A stretch of 64,000 bases of DNA from Paraspadella gotoi. Taxonomy: Eukaryota > Animalia > Chaetognatha. A program made the translations under genes and the position numbers. Positions 26,802 through 39,705 of this stretch are shown one piece after another; the first letter of the stretch is position 1, and each line of letters opens with the position of its first letter. The stretch is from positions 15,439,103 to 15,503,102 of the forward strand of contig CM119268.1 in the NCBI GenBank assembly GCA_051294375.1. Reading direction: 5' to 3'. Under the pieces are notes generated by a model. It saw nothing but the letters and a program-made list of their open reading frames with translations. It searched no databases and was not told the DNA's origin.

Positions 26802-28770
26802 AGCTAAAAATATTACAAAAAATATATTTTTTAAATCCTAGAGCACAATCCTTTGCCTTCCAAGTTTTGCGTTTATTCTCTTTTATAATAAATATTCTTG
26901 GTTCCCTCCACCGACCCGTCGGTCCGTGACAAAGAGGACACTTCGCCCTAAAAACCGGAAACACATCGATAAAAATGTAAACAATTTCTGGACACGCCCG
27001 AAAACAGCCGAGAAAGAGCGAACCCAGAGAGAGATAAAAAATTTTGACGCGACGACGACGACAACTATCGACGACGACGACAACTATCGACGACTACAAC
27101 GACGACTGATTCGAAAATGCCCGTCCTCACTCCATGAGAATGTTGGATTGGTCGATGGAGTTGATTTGGTTGTGATGGACGGAGGAGATCTTCGACGAAG
27201 AATGCACATCGCGCTGAGTTTGCAGATGGCAAGACGACATGAAGAACGACTGCGAGAGGAAGAAGATGGATCAACATTCTCTCTCTCTCTCTATCTCTCT
27301 CTCTTCTCTCGATTCTCTCTCATCTCTCTCTCCTCTCTCTCTCTCATATTCTCTCTCCCTCTCTCTCATCTCTCTATCTCTCTCGTCTCTCTCTCTCTCT
27401 CACCATGAGCTCAAAAGACGACGAGGTTGTCCCCGGCGACGAGCCGCTTTCTCATGACGATGATCGACGAACGGACGGACGCCAAGCGAAAAGCCATCGT
27501 CAAGATCATCGGGCTACGCAAAAAATCTGACGGGAATATCAAGTTTTTAACAATTACCTCGTCGGCGAAAACTAAAAAAAATAATTTTTCGTAGTCGATA
27601 TAACTACAGAGCCTGCATTATGACCTCTTTATCGGTTCATATCCTTACTTTTCGCCGTCGGTGATGACCCGACTTCAGCCGAGGCAGAGAATAACGAATT
27701 CGCGTCTGAACGAAGCGGCGAAGGGACGATGCTATGACCACCGTCTTCCGAAGTGGGCGTGGCGGTTGGGCGGCAGAGAGGGAGAGGGTGTGGAGTAAAT
27801 GAGGTTAAGAAAAAAGGCAACTAAAGTAGTCAAGAGTTTCCGGTAAAAAAAAAGAAATTCTACGGTGAAAGCAAATCTTCATCGTAACTTGTGTAATATA
27901 TTAGAAACAACAGTAATCATAATATGTGTTTAAGTGAGGTGACTAGCGAGTGAGTTAGACGCCCTTCATGTTGCGTCTCATTTTTCCCGCACTCACGGAA
28001 ATAAGAAGGAAAAGGCGAAGCGAGGATTCGTTGGACGGACATCTCTTTCTGAGACTTCCCTGTCTGAGTGGACCACGAAAAAAAGACGTTCTCTCTTTAG
28101 TCTTATCAAGAAAAATAAACAAGTTCGTTTCGACGGGAAAATGAGATGGGTGCGCCTGATTTTCTTTCGGTTAAAAAATTGTTTGAGATGTTGAGAACCA
28201 ATAGATTTAGATATCGAATTTATTACCGAAGATTGGAATTGATTGCAAATAAGAGAAGCAAACTGGAATGGAGAAATTTACGATGCTCTTTTTTTTTTAA
28301 CGTGCGCTGTGACGGTTGAGTAATGAGTATTCTTCTGATTATTATGGTGGAATCTGGAAGCGAAATTGTCCGCCATACACGCGTCTGTTGAATGAGTTTT
28401 GTGTCGTCATTGATTAGTCCTTTGTAAGGCGGTGATATAAAGAGGGACTACAGACGTCGGAGCCGTAAAGCTTGGAATAAAGTCAAAACTTTTTATTTTC
28501 TCCACGACCTCCGCTCATTTCCTCTCTTTTCGTCATTCCCTGTCTTTCTTTCCATTTCTCCTCTGTCTTTCTAAGTTTCTCCTCTCTATCTTTGCTCCTT
28601 CGTCTCCAACTCTAAATTAGTTCAAAAACCATCTCCGTGATCTACCGAAAAAATCGCGCCTTTTGATAAAACAAAAGACAGAAATAAATCTCAAGAGACA
28701 AAGGGTAAGCGAAACACCATATAGTTTTCCCTGTTTAACTTCTGATACTATTGATTTACTTGATCAGACT

Positions 28771-28815
28771 AACACTGATGAAGAGCAGAAATACTGTTCG
28801 AAATATGTCTGTTTT
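28771..28815 (+). ncRNA. Second copy of the hammerhead motif (within the tandem duplication)
   Basis: AACA-CTGATGAAGAGCAGAAATACTGTTCGAAATATGTC-TGTTTT. Confidence 0.65.
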
Positions 28816-29864
28816 CACTAAAATCAAAATCGTTGCGAAAACTCAATAATTTCTCTACTAAGATTATATTATAAATTATATATGCTCTGGACTAAGTACT
28901 TAAAATTTAAGTAAACTTACGTCAACTTACTTAGATTATGCTCAGGTCAAGATATGCATTGATCAACGACCAATTTAATGAACCATGGTAGGCTTATCAG
29001 AAGGCGTCGCACAAGTTCTTCCTCTGCCACTGCACTCCTCTGTTTTACTAATTTTTTTTTCGGGACGCCTAATCAGAACGCGCCCTCGATTGGCAGCTTA
29101 GAAAGAAAAAGAAAGTCTCGCTCTCTCTCTTTTTTTTGGAGCCTGAAAAGAAACTGAGAATCACCTTTTTAATTCCTTAAAATAAAAGGGAAGGAACTCG
29201 TCCTTCCCTTTTTCCTAACGAGAGCGATTTTCATTTCGGATCCCTTGAGTTTTGGCTTTAAATTAGGGAGGCAAAGGGGATGGGTTGGCGAATGGGTGGT
29301 AGGGGAGGTGGACACAAGGGGTGGAAGAGTAAAAGGCATAGGAGAATATAAGTAGGCACGGAAATAATGGACGAATTTGGAAATAAGGACGCACATTAAA
29401 AGACATAAGAATGAGCTCTTTTTTTTTGTCCTTCGCTTAATACTCCCAAGTCTATAGGAATTTTAACATATTGACAATTTACTTTAGTCGTTAAGATTTT
29501 TCGACTCCCTCTCACACTTGACGCACTTGACACCCCTAACTTCCGCGCTCCCATGTTCTCTCTAGATCGCCTCCTAATCACTGGCTTCACTTTGACTTTT
29601 TGTTTGACTTCCAAAAAGGCGAGAATGACGGCGCCGACGCCGCCGCACAATGCCGTCCGACGCCCGGTCGACGGTGTTAAACCCGCCCGACATCGTCTGA
29701 CGACGACCGACGCCGTCCGACGCCGCCGACGTTGCCAGGCGCTGCTCGACGCCGCTCGACGCCGCTAGTGGGGCGCCAATAGAAAATGGCGATACTCGCG
29801 TCTCTGAGGCGTGAGGAAGACGTCGTCGCTTCCGGTGGCCAAAGATCGGAGTTGCCAAGAAGGA

Positions 29865-30460
29865 GAGAGGAGAAGAGATAAAGGAGGAGGGAAGATGTGA
29901 AGGAGGAGAGAGAGAGGTGAAGGAGGAGAGGAGAGAGTGAAGGGAGAGGAGAGAGGTGAAGGAGGGAGGAGAGAGTGAAGGAGGAGAGGAGAGATGTGAA
30001 GGAGGAGATGAGAGATGTGAAGGGGAGAGGAGAGAGGTGAAGGAGGAGAGGAAGAGGTGAAGGAGGAGATGAGAGATGTGAAGGAGGAGAGGAGAGAGGT
30101 GAAGGAGGATAAGGAGAGAGGTGAGGAGGAGATGAGAGATGTGAAGGAGGAGAGGAGAGATGTGAAGGAGGAGAGGAGAGAGGTGAAGGAGGAGATGAGA
30201 GATGTGAAGGAGGAGAGGAGAGAGGTGAAGGAGGAGAGGAGAGAGATGAAGGAGGAGAGGAGAGATGTGAAGGAGGAGAGGAGAGAGGTGAGGAGGAGAT
30301 GAGAGATGTGAGGAGGAGAGGAGAGAGGTGAAGGAGGAGAGGAGAGAGGTTAAGGAGGAGAGGAGAGAGGTGAAGGAGGAGAGAGAGAGGTTAAGGAGGA
30401 GAGGAGAGAGGTGAAGGAGGAGAGGAGAGAGGTGAAGAGGAGAGGAAAGGGAGGAAGGAG
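29865..30460. repeat. 21-bp purine-rich minisatellite (GAGAGGAGAGA[G/T]GTGAAGGAG)n
   Basis: About 28 units, C-free on the + strand. Corresponds to gap 22706-23183 in the first duplicate copy. Confidence 0.9.
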
Positions 30461-31178
30461 AAGAAAAGACTAAAAAGAAGACAAGCGGAGGGACAGAGAC
30501 ATAGAAGCGATGATATAGAAGATGAAAATTGGGAAATATAAATGCGATGAGGAATGTAATAGGAAAGAAAGAGGGAATAGGGTTATCGAATAGGAATAGA
30601 AACAGGGAGGAAGAGTGAGAGTGAAAAATAAAAAGGAAGAGAAAATCTTTGAGAGACGCGTGATGCCAATAAAGAGGGAAAAAAGTTGGAGTCTAAAAAA
30701 AGAGTTCGGACATTCCGGAAGATCTTTTCGCTCTTGGATCAAAACAAGTGGAAACGAAAGAAACAAAGAAGAAACAAAATGTAGAACTGACCAGTGACCA
30801 CTTGGTTTGCGACGACATATAATCGCAAATGTTACGTTATTTTCAAGGGGAACTATCTTAACTTACGTTCTATTTTTTTGTGAGAAAACTAACTCATTTT
30901 TTCCATGTGCAATATTCAACAATTTTTACCCCTTCTACTTTTTTATTCTCCTACCTTCAAGCTTGCCCCATTCCCCTAAGTCATCTCCACCAAGCCCTTA
31001 TCCTCTCCCAGCCTTCTTCCCCTTTCCTTTCTCCACCACCAACAATATAATGGAATGGTCAGTCAAGCTGAGAAAAATAAAAAGTTACGTGGTGAGTTTG
31101 GACGCTGGTCAGTCGCCTGGGAACCACCGCGCCGCCGGGGCCGGCCTGAGCCGAAATGGATAAAGGAAACTCCCCCTT

Positions 31179-31254
<76 letters not shown>

Positions 31255-31586
31255 GCTACTCTTACGTCTCCCTTTTATCCTATTCCCCTTTCTCATTTCT
31301 GTCCATTGCTTTCTCGCTCTCTGCCTTTCTATCTCTTTTGTCTTTTCTCTTTATAAGTTTGTCACATTTGGTTTAAAAACTTAAGAATTGATAAAAAAAA
31401 CAACTAAAGAGACAGAAACAGTGAAGCTTGCAAAAAATATAAAAAGAGAGTAGAGCGAGAGCGAGAAAAGGGAGATAAGAGAGATAGATCGAGCATCTCT
31501 CTTCTAAACAACGAGCGTCCAACTTCCACGAAACTAAATCTAGAATGAAGTCGGACAAATCGAGATTTTCATTTCACTTGAACGCT

Positions 31587-31667
<81 letters not shown>

Positions 31668-32543
31668 AGAGAGAAGTTATAAAAGAAAGAATGAAAAAGG
31701 AGAGAGAGATTTGTGACCAAGAAAAGTTCTTTTCCTCTTTGCCTTTTTTTTTGTGGGTGAGTGTCAGATTGTGTGTGGAGAGTCGGGCTAATAAAGAAAG
31801 GTATTAGTCTCGGACTCGGATTGGACGGCGCGGCGAAGACAGGGGAGGAGGTGGGGGGGGAGGGGGGGGGCAATATCATGAAAAAGAAGAGGCAACTGAG
31901 GACGAAGGGTGGAGGATGAGAAAAACCAACCCAATTTGCGTTTGACATAAAAGGAAATGACAAGCGGGGCGACCATTTCGAAGGAATATCCTTTTTCTTG
32001 TTTAGTCTCCGTCGTCTCTGTCCGTCGCAATTCCTGTCGTCATCGTCGTCGTCGTCGTTCGTCGTCGTTGTCACGGTCGGAGCGATCTTTTTCTCTCCTC
32101 TGACAATTTCTTCCACTCTCACGGTTCGACCTCAACATTTCGTTGCTTCTTTGCTTTCTTTCCGTTAATCGGGAAAATACTGTGCACAGATGCTCAAAGT
32201 TATACTTTGTCAACTTTGTCAAATACTCTTTCTTTTCTTTCTCTCCCGATCTGTCTCATCCATCTCCGCTCGCTCTCTCTCTCATTTGAAGGGATGAGTA
32301 TTTAAAAAGTTAAAGATAAAAAATGAGTGATATCTTGACTTCTATCTGACTCGCCTCTTCTTTTGTTTTTTTTCGCATGACCAGTCCACCAGACGATCCA
32401 CCCTGGCCTTACCTCACCCCACCCGCCACCTCACCTCAGCCTCTTCTTTCGCTTTTATCCTTCGCTGCTCGTTTTCACATTGAATTCCTTCCGCTGTCGT
32501 CGCCTCCATGAAAAATGCATTAGAAAGGATAAACCTGTCCCAT

Positions 32544-32613
<70 letters not shown>

Positions 32614-32614
32614 A

Positions 32615-32691
<77 letters not shown>

Positions 32692-33358
32692 GGGTCGCCA
32701 TTCTCGTCCCCAAGAGGTCTCGTCGTTTCCGGTTCGGGGTCGCCCTTCGCTCTCGCGCGGACGCTCTGTTGCCACGAGTGGCGCGCGGTTCCATGGTGAC
32801 GCGCTTGGTCACGTCCTCCCCTTTCCTATCTTCATGCTTCGTCGGTGGTCATTTGGTTATTTTTCTTTTGCCTTTATATAATTGAATATTTCTTTAAATT
32901 TTATACCACTTCATTAATAGTCAAGCTATGTGCTCTGGAGTGAATAAACTAGACTGTGAAAGTCTAGATTGAAAGCTTGAAGGGTCCTTCTGTTATTATC
33001 TTGTTAAAAAGGTTGTTGTATATAGTCAGGAGGCAACAAACTAATTCATTGAATGAATGGATAATTTTTTGTTTTGGTTGTAGTACCTATTTCATGGGCC
33101 AAAAAGACACCAAGTTTAGTGCACTAACCCCCGCGCACATTCCACCTTTTTTCTCCCGTAGACTGCTCATCGTTTTCCACCTTTCCCCCTACGCTATCAA
33201 CAATCCTCACCCTCCCAGACCCCCAACCACCATTCATCGTCCACCTTCTTTCCTCCCTGCAACCACCCGAAAATTTCTCTCAACAATTTTCTTGTATCTC
33301 CTCTCGATTCCGAGAGAATCCCGACGCGCTGGTCATTTTTTGGGGCGCGGCTTTTTCC

Positions 33359-33426
<68 letters not shown>

Positions 33427-34649
33427 GAGAGATAGAGAGAGTAAGTGATGAGAGAGAGCGTCGCCGGCGGAGGGCGTCTTTTTTCCCATCGAACGACGAG
33501 AGATTCGGACAAAAGAGCAGTTTATTATCGTCGCACGAAAAAGAGAGAATTTTTACGATCGACGTTAACGCGCTTTTTAAAAAAGGTTCCAGCGTCGGTC
33601 CCGAGAAGAAAGAAGAAGAAGAAGAAGGAAGAAGAAAGAAGAAGAAGAAGAAGAAGAAGAGAAGAAGAGAAGAAGAAGAAGAAAACGATAGAATATATGT
33701 TGTTGGCGCATCGAAGGCTCATACATCTCATAGTGCGTGAAGTTATTTCAAAAAAAAAAAAAAAAAAAAAAAAAGGAGTATGGCCCACTTGTCACTGTCT
33801 TTGGCCAAATCCCAGTCTTATAAAAATATGTTTTAGTTAAATGTTAATACTACGCTCTTAATCAAAATATTCTCGACTTTCATCATTTACGCTCAGTTGA
33901 CTGCCTCTCAAAAAAGCTTTTCATTTTCTTCCTGGGGCAGGATTGAAATGTCATGTTTATTAGAGGTCAACTCTTTTTGTTTCATTTTAGGATTTTTCGT
34001 TCCACAAAAACAGACGCATTCGATTTCCGGGTTCTGTGATCTTTTGTTTAGTACCGGTTTTACGTCCGATGCCGGCGCCAAGCGGCGAAAAGAGAAAGTT
34101 TTTGACGACAAAACGGTAAAAAAACAAAAGAGCATTTCCATTTCTCTCTCTCTCTTCTTACTGTGCCCCCCTTCAGCGCAGAAAAATTGACGCCGTAAAA
34201 CAGGTGGAACCAATCTGCTTTTGGAGAACAAAATGACAGGCGGGATAGAGGGAAAGATAGAAAGAAAAAAAGAAAGAAAGAAGAAATAAAGAAAAAAAGA
34301 AAAAAAAAAGAAAGAAGAAAGAAAGAAAAGAAAGAAAGAAGAAATAAAGAAGAAAGAAAGAAAGAAGAAAGAAAGAAAGAAGAAAGAAGCAAGCAAGCAA
34401 GCAAGCAGGCAAGCAGAGCTAAAAATATTACAATAAATATATTTTTTAATCCTAGAGCACAATCCTTTGCCTTCCAAGTTTTTGCGTTTATTCTCTTTAA
34501 TAAATATTCTTGTTCCCTCCATCCGACCCGTCGGTCCGTGACAAAGAGGACACTTCGCCCTAAAAACCGGAAACACATCGGATAAAAATGTAAACAATTT
34601 CGGACACGCCCGAAAACAGCGAGAAAGAGCGGAAAGTGAAAGAAGAGAC

Positions 34650-34721
<72 letters not shown>

Positions 34722-35224
34722 AGNNNNNNNNNNNNNNNNNNNNNNNNNAGAGTATCAGCGTTGGCCGCTTCCACCCTCTCGACCCGGTACGCCCCTGCCG
34801 CGGCCCCTGAGGGCCAAGTAAGGGAGAGAAAAAAAGTTCTGGCGATATCGCGGTGGCATTTTTTCGGCGGGAATATGGGGGTAAATGGAAACTGGCTGGA
34901 CTCCATGGCGGAGATGGCTATTTTTAGGCGAAATACTTTTACTTAGTTGACTTTCTATGTAATTTTTTAGCGAATACATTGTGTAATACTTTGTAAATAA
35001 AATCGTTGTAAAAATATTAAAACTTTCGTTTTCGAATCTGCTAGCGAATACATTATACAATATATTCTTTTCTTTGACAAATCCCCTTCATTAGCGATCT
35101 CTCTCACTTGCTCTCAATTCAAAGTCAGTTTCACCTTCTTCCTATTTTTCTCTCCCCCCACTTTCTCCCTCTCAATCTCCCTCTCTCCTTTCTCTCTTTC
35201 ACTCTCTCTCGCTCTCCGTCTCCT

Positions 35225-36487
35225 CTATCTCACTCCGGCTATTAACACGGTCGATATCCACCGTTTTCTCTCAGCGAAACTCGAGAGGGAAAAAGAAAAA
35301 CCATAAAAAGCGGCGAAGATATCAGAGAAGAAAAAGGATAACGCCTCTGCCGCTGCCGCCGCCGCCACCGCTGCCGCCGCCGCCTCGTCGTGAAAGGGAC
35401 TTTTCCTCGGCCGACGAATTCGCCTTTGCGGATCCGCCGCCGTCGCCGCCGTCGCCGCCGCAGCCGAAGCAAGGATAGATGGTTTGTTGTCCCGAGAAAA
35501 ACGTCGGGACCCCAAAAACGCCAGGGATTCTCTATCGGCGGCGAAGCGAAGTCCTTTTTGGGCGGCGGCGGCGGCGGCGCGGCGGCGCGGCGGCGGCGGC
35601 GGCGGCGGCGCAGCGGCGGCGGCGGAGGCGGAGGAGGATATGAAAATCGCTGGGGTGTTGGAAGGACATCCTCTGGTTGAAACAAGGAATGTTTAAGTTG
35701 GTGCTATACTGAATTAAACGACGTGACGGCCCTGGAGTCGAAGACCACGACAGAGCTGGAGTCACCGTGCTGGAGTAAATCGAAGCAACGGCGCTTGAGT
35801 GGCAGAGAGCAGAGTCAAAAGATCCGTTGAAATCGCCAAGTTCGTCTCCCAGACAAAACGACAAAAACCTCCATCCCTTAAAACTGTTCAAAGATTAAAT
35901 TTGGTTTACATTAAAACGATATAAAACTGAATAGTACGGAATTATTAAACAACATCAGTTATGTATGAAAAAAAAGGAGAATAGAGATCTATATGTACGT
36001 AAAAAAAATGACAGAAGAAAAAGAAGGATAAAAAAATAAACGAAAGAAAAACCCCAATAAAACTAGTATGGATCACAAAAGAGAAAATAAAAATATTTCA
36101 AAAATTCTCCGGGAAAGGGAGATAGAGTCGGAACAAAAAGAAAGAAAAAAAAATAAAAAGGAAAAAAAAAAGGAGCGAAAAGAAAGAAGGGAAGAGAAAG
36201 AGACGTGAAATATGAGGATGCGCAAAAAGATAAGGAAGAGGAGAAAGATGAAAGAGGTCGAAAATGGAGTCAAAGAAGCAGAAGAATCTGTGACAAATGG
36301 AGAGAATGGGTTTCACCTTGGAACTTTAGGGCGACACTTACCCGAGTAGGGATGACATCGAAGCGGGGTCTGATTATATGGGAAGTAAGGATGTCGGAGT
36401 AAGGATGTCGGAGTCGCGAACTTGAAAGGATGTTTCAATACTTCTCGCAAATGAGTACGGGAACGACCCATAAGTGTGGTGGATATC
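35225..36487 (-). CDS. Possible spliced low-complexity (Ala/Pro/Arg-rich) gene of unknown identity
   Basis: Open frame from ~36487 (MISTTLMGRSRTHLREVLKHPF...RCHPYS) with a GTAAGT or GTGAAA donor. Acceptor at ~35887 leads into ORF 35532-35891 and a (GCC)n-rich island. A motif-rich promoter lies immediately upstream. Frame is uncertain. Confidence 0.3.
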
Positions 36488-36729
36488 ATAGAATATTACA
36501 AGACTGAAGCAATATTTTCGAAAAAAACTATTGTTTGACAAAAAAAGAATAAAAAAATAGAGTATAGTACAACAACAATAACAACAACAACAACAACCTT
36601 TGAAACATGCAGTATGAATGAGCGGATTTTCGATTGGAGTGTCTCGAAATGCCACCAACAACGAGATGCCAATCAAGACAAACGAAGGAAAGAAGACAAA
36701 GAAAAGTGAAAATACACTCGGGGAAAAAA

Positions 36730-36900
36730 TCTCTGACGTCAATCTTTTTTACGGAGACAAAGAGAGACAATCTACCAAATTAACGTGACTCGTTGCTTTC
36801 ACGTGACCAAATTTTGATCACGTGACCATTTCTCTACCTCCGGGATTCGAAGCCTCAGAGGACGGAGTCACGTGACGGCGGGGCGAAGGTCGACCTCGAC
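36730..36900. promoter_or_regulatory. CRE plus triple TCACGTGAC E-box cluster
   Basis: TGACGTCA at 36734-36741. TCACGTGAC at 36799, 36818 and 36868. Confidence 0.6.
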
Positions 36901-36947
36901 AGACGCCGCAGGACCCGAGATAATATTTTCATGTTTCGGAAAAAAGA

Positions 36948-36989
<42 letters not shown>

Positions 36990-39626
36990 TTCACAAATAC
37001 ATTTTTAAGTATGTCTTTCACATCCTTTCAAAAGCTATTTTTAATTTTTAAATTTAAATACGCCATAAACATTGCCAGTACAGTGTAATAAACATTATTT
37101 ATACGACTTCAAACTACCATGAAACGAAAAGAAAATTAATTAATAATTAATTAATGAAACAAAATTTATCGAGAAACTGAAGAGACAGAATTATAGTTAT
37201 GAATTAAAAAAAAATAATAAGTTAAGTCGCCTCGTTATTTTTAACAAAATTTAATATCATCGGGACAATTTAAGTAAAATTAGTAATAATTACGAAGCGA
37301 CGTCGCTGAGTGTCCTTGTTTTTTTTTCTCTCCGAGGAGAAAGGGGATTTGAAGAGAGAGGAGCGAGTTTGATGATTCAATGAATCCCTGATGACTTTAC
37401 CTAAAAACGATGCGGCCTGAATAACAATAACCATTAAGTATCGCAACCAAGATATTTAGTCTCGCTATTTCTCTCTCTCTCTCTCTNNNNNNNNNNNNNN
37501 NNNNNNNNNNNNNNNNNNNNNNNNNNNNNNNNNNNNNNNNNNNNNNNNNNNNNNNNNNNNNNNNNNNNNNNNNNNNNNNNNNNNNNNNNNNNNNNNNNNN
37601 NNNNNNNNNNNNNNNNNNNNNNNNNNNNNNNNNNNNNNNNNNNNNNNNNNNNNNNNNNNNNNNNNNTCCTGCCTCCACTCTTCTCATTTTCTTTACTCTC
37701 CTTCATTCATACTCTTTTTCACACACCAAATATTCTACAGCCATTTAAAATATATTTCCCTAAAGTGAGAGTCTTTGTCTTGAAAGAGAATTTCGAAACT
37801 CTAACCTGTATTTTATTATAAAACGGTTCTAAATTGTAATACATTCTCTGGATTTGCCTCTCGAAAAAATTGTCAAAAACTTCCATAAAAAAAAAATGCT
37901 CGTTCGGGGCACCGACGGATCCAGCGCCGAACTCCTTCACCCCTCGAGTTTAACTCTCTTCAATTCTTACACCCCTTTTCTTCCTCCACCCTTCTTTCAC
38001 TCTTATCCTCCGCTTCTTTCCTTCCTCTGCATTTCTTCTTCTCTCTACTCTTCTTTTCTCCATTCCACTTCCCTNNNNNNNNNNNNNNNNNNNNNNNNNN
38101 NNNNNNNNNNNNNNNNNNNNNNNNNNNNNNNNNNNNNNNNNNNNNNNNNNNNNNNNNNNNNNNNNNNNNNNNNNNNNNNNNNNNNNNNNNNNNNNNNNNN
38201 NNNNNNNNNNNNNNNNNNNNNNNNNNNNNNNNNNNNNNNNNNNNNNNNNNNNNNNNNNNNNNNNNNNNNNNNNNNNNNNNNNNNNNNNNNNNNNNNNNNN
38301 NNNNNNNNNNNNNNNNTTTTTCGCGACATTTAAAAATAGATGCGCGGATTCTCTTATCTTTTGGTTGGATCATTAAATTTTTCGCCACAAAATTATATCA
38401 AATTATGCGTTTCACTAGTCTTCACGGCAAAAGTGTTTCTGATATATTTAGCTTCTTTTTTTACATCTATACTTTAATTTTAAATATATATATATATGTA
38501 AATCTATATATATATGTAAATATGCTTTCAAAATGATAAGCCCTGGTTTGAATTCCTTTTATATTTTAAATAATTAATTCATCAAGAAAAAAAATGTTTA
38601 TTTTAATATTAAATTTGTTGACCCATCCACTTTTTTCATAGCTTTCCATTTTCCCTTAGTTCTTCTTCAAAATTCCTTTTCCTTTCCGGTTGTCCTTCCC
38701 ATTCCATCTTCTCAACAGAAGTGCCGAAGCCCATTTGTCTCCTTGGTCCACCATCCGCGGGTCAGGTTAGATAATGCAATTGATGGTCGTTGAGGCGACG
38801 ACGAAAGCGACGTCTATGACGACGACGATGAACACGACAATGAGAACAAAAAATTTCGCTATCGACTGCGATGACAACAACAACAAATCACAAGATTTCT
38901 CCACATAAAAACACCCCAAAAAGTTGACAATGACGAAATCCTATCTCGGAAACTCGCCACACCGACTCTGATAAAACCGACGAAAACGACGATAAAGACG
39001 ACGACGACGGCGCCAACGACAACGAGGACAACGTCCAGGCCCACTTTTTTTTACGAGCTCCACCTTTGGGTTTTTTCCGTCGATTCGGTGAGTTCACGTT
39101 TCCGGTCTATGTGGCCGAATGTCATCGGTCCGTCGTCGTCGTTTCGAGCCGTCCCCGTCAACGGCCGTGTCGTTGTCGTTGTTATCGTTGTTGACTCCGC
39201 TGTTATGGTTGTTACTGAGGCTCTGAGCTTCGAAAATCGTTATCCCTCCGGAAAAATGTCGTTCGCGTTCGACCTTCCGACTTCGTTGAGTCACCCAGTC
39301 ACCCACCCATCCAATTCCTTACCTTTTCACTCAACCCCTCACCCTCGCTCTCTCCTTCGATTCGAACTCCCCTCAATCAAGCGCTTCCATTGTCTCCACC
39401 AAATTACGAATGAACATCGACGTCTCCGCCCGAATCGTTTATCGCGGCCCAGATTTTCACCCTCGCCACTCTCTGCCAACACCCCCTCCTCACCCTCTAC
39501 CCTCAACTACCTCGTCACACTCCGCCTCATCGACGCGGCAAAACCGGGTCACCCCGATGCCTCAGTGACAATCCTTCAATAATTCCCCTGACGAAAGTTT
39601 CTCATTAGCGCCTCGGGTCTCCGATG

Positions 39627-39705
<79 letters not shown>

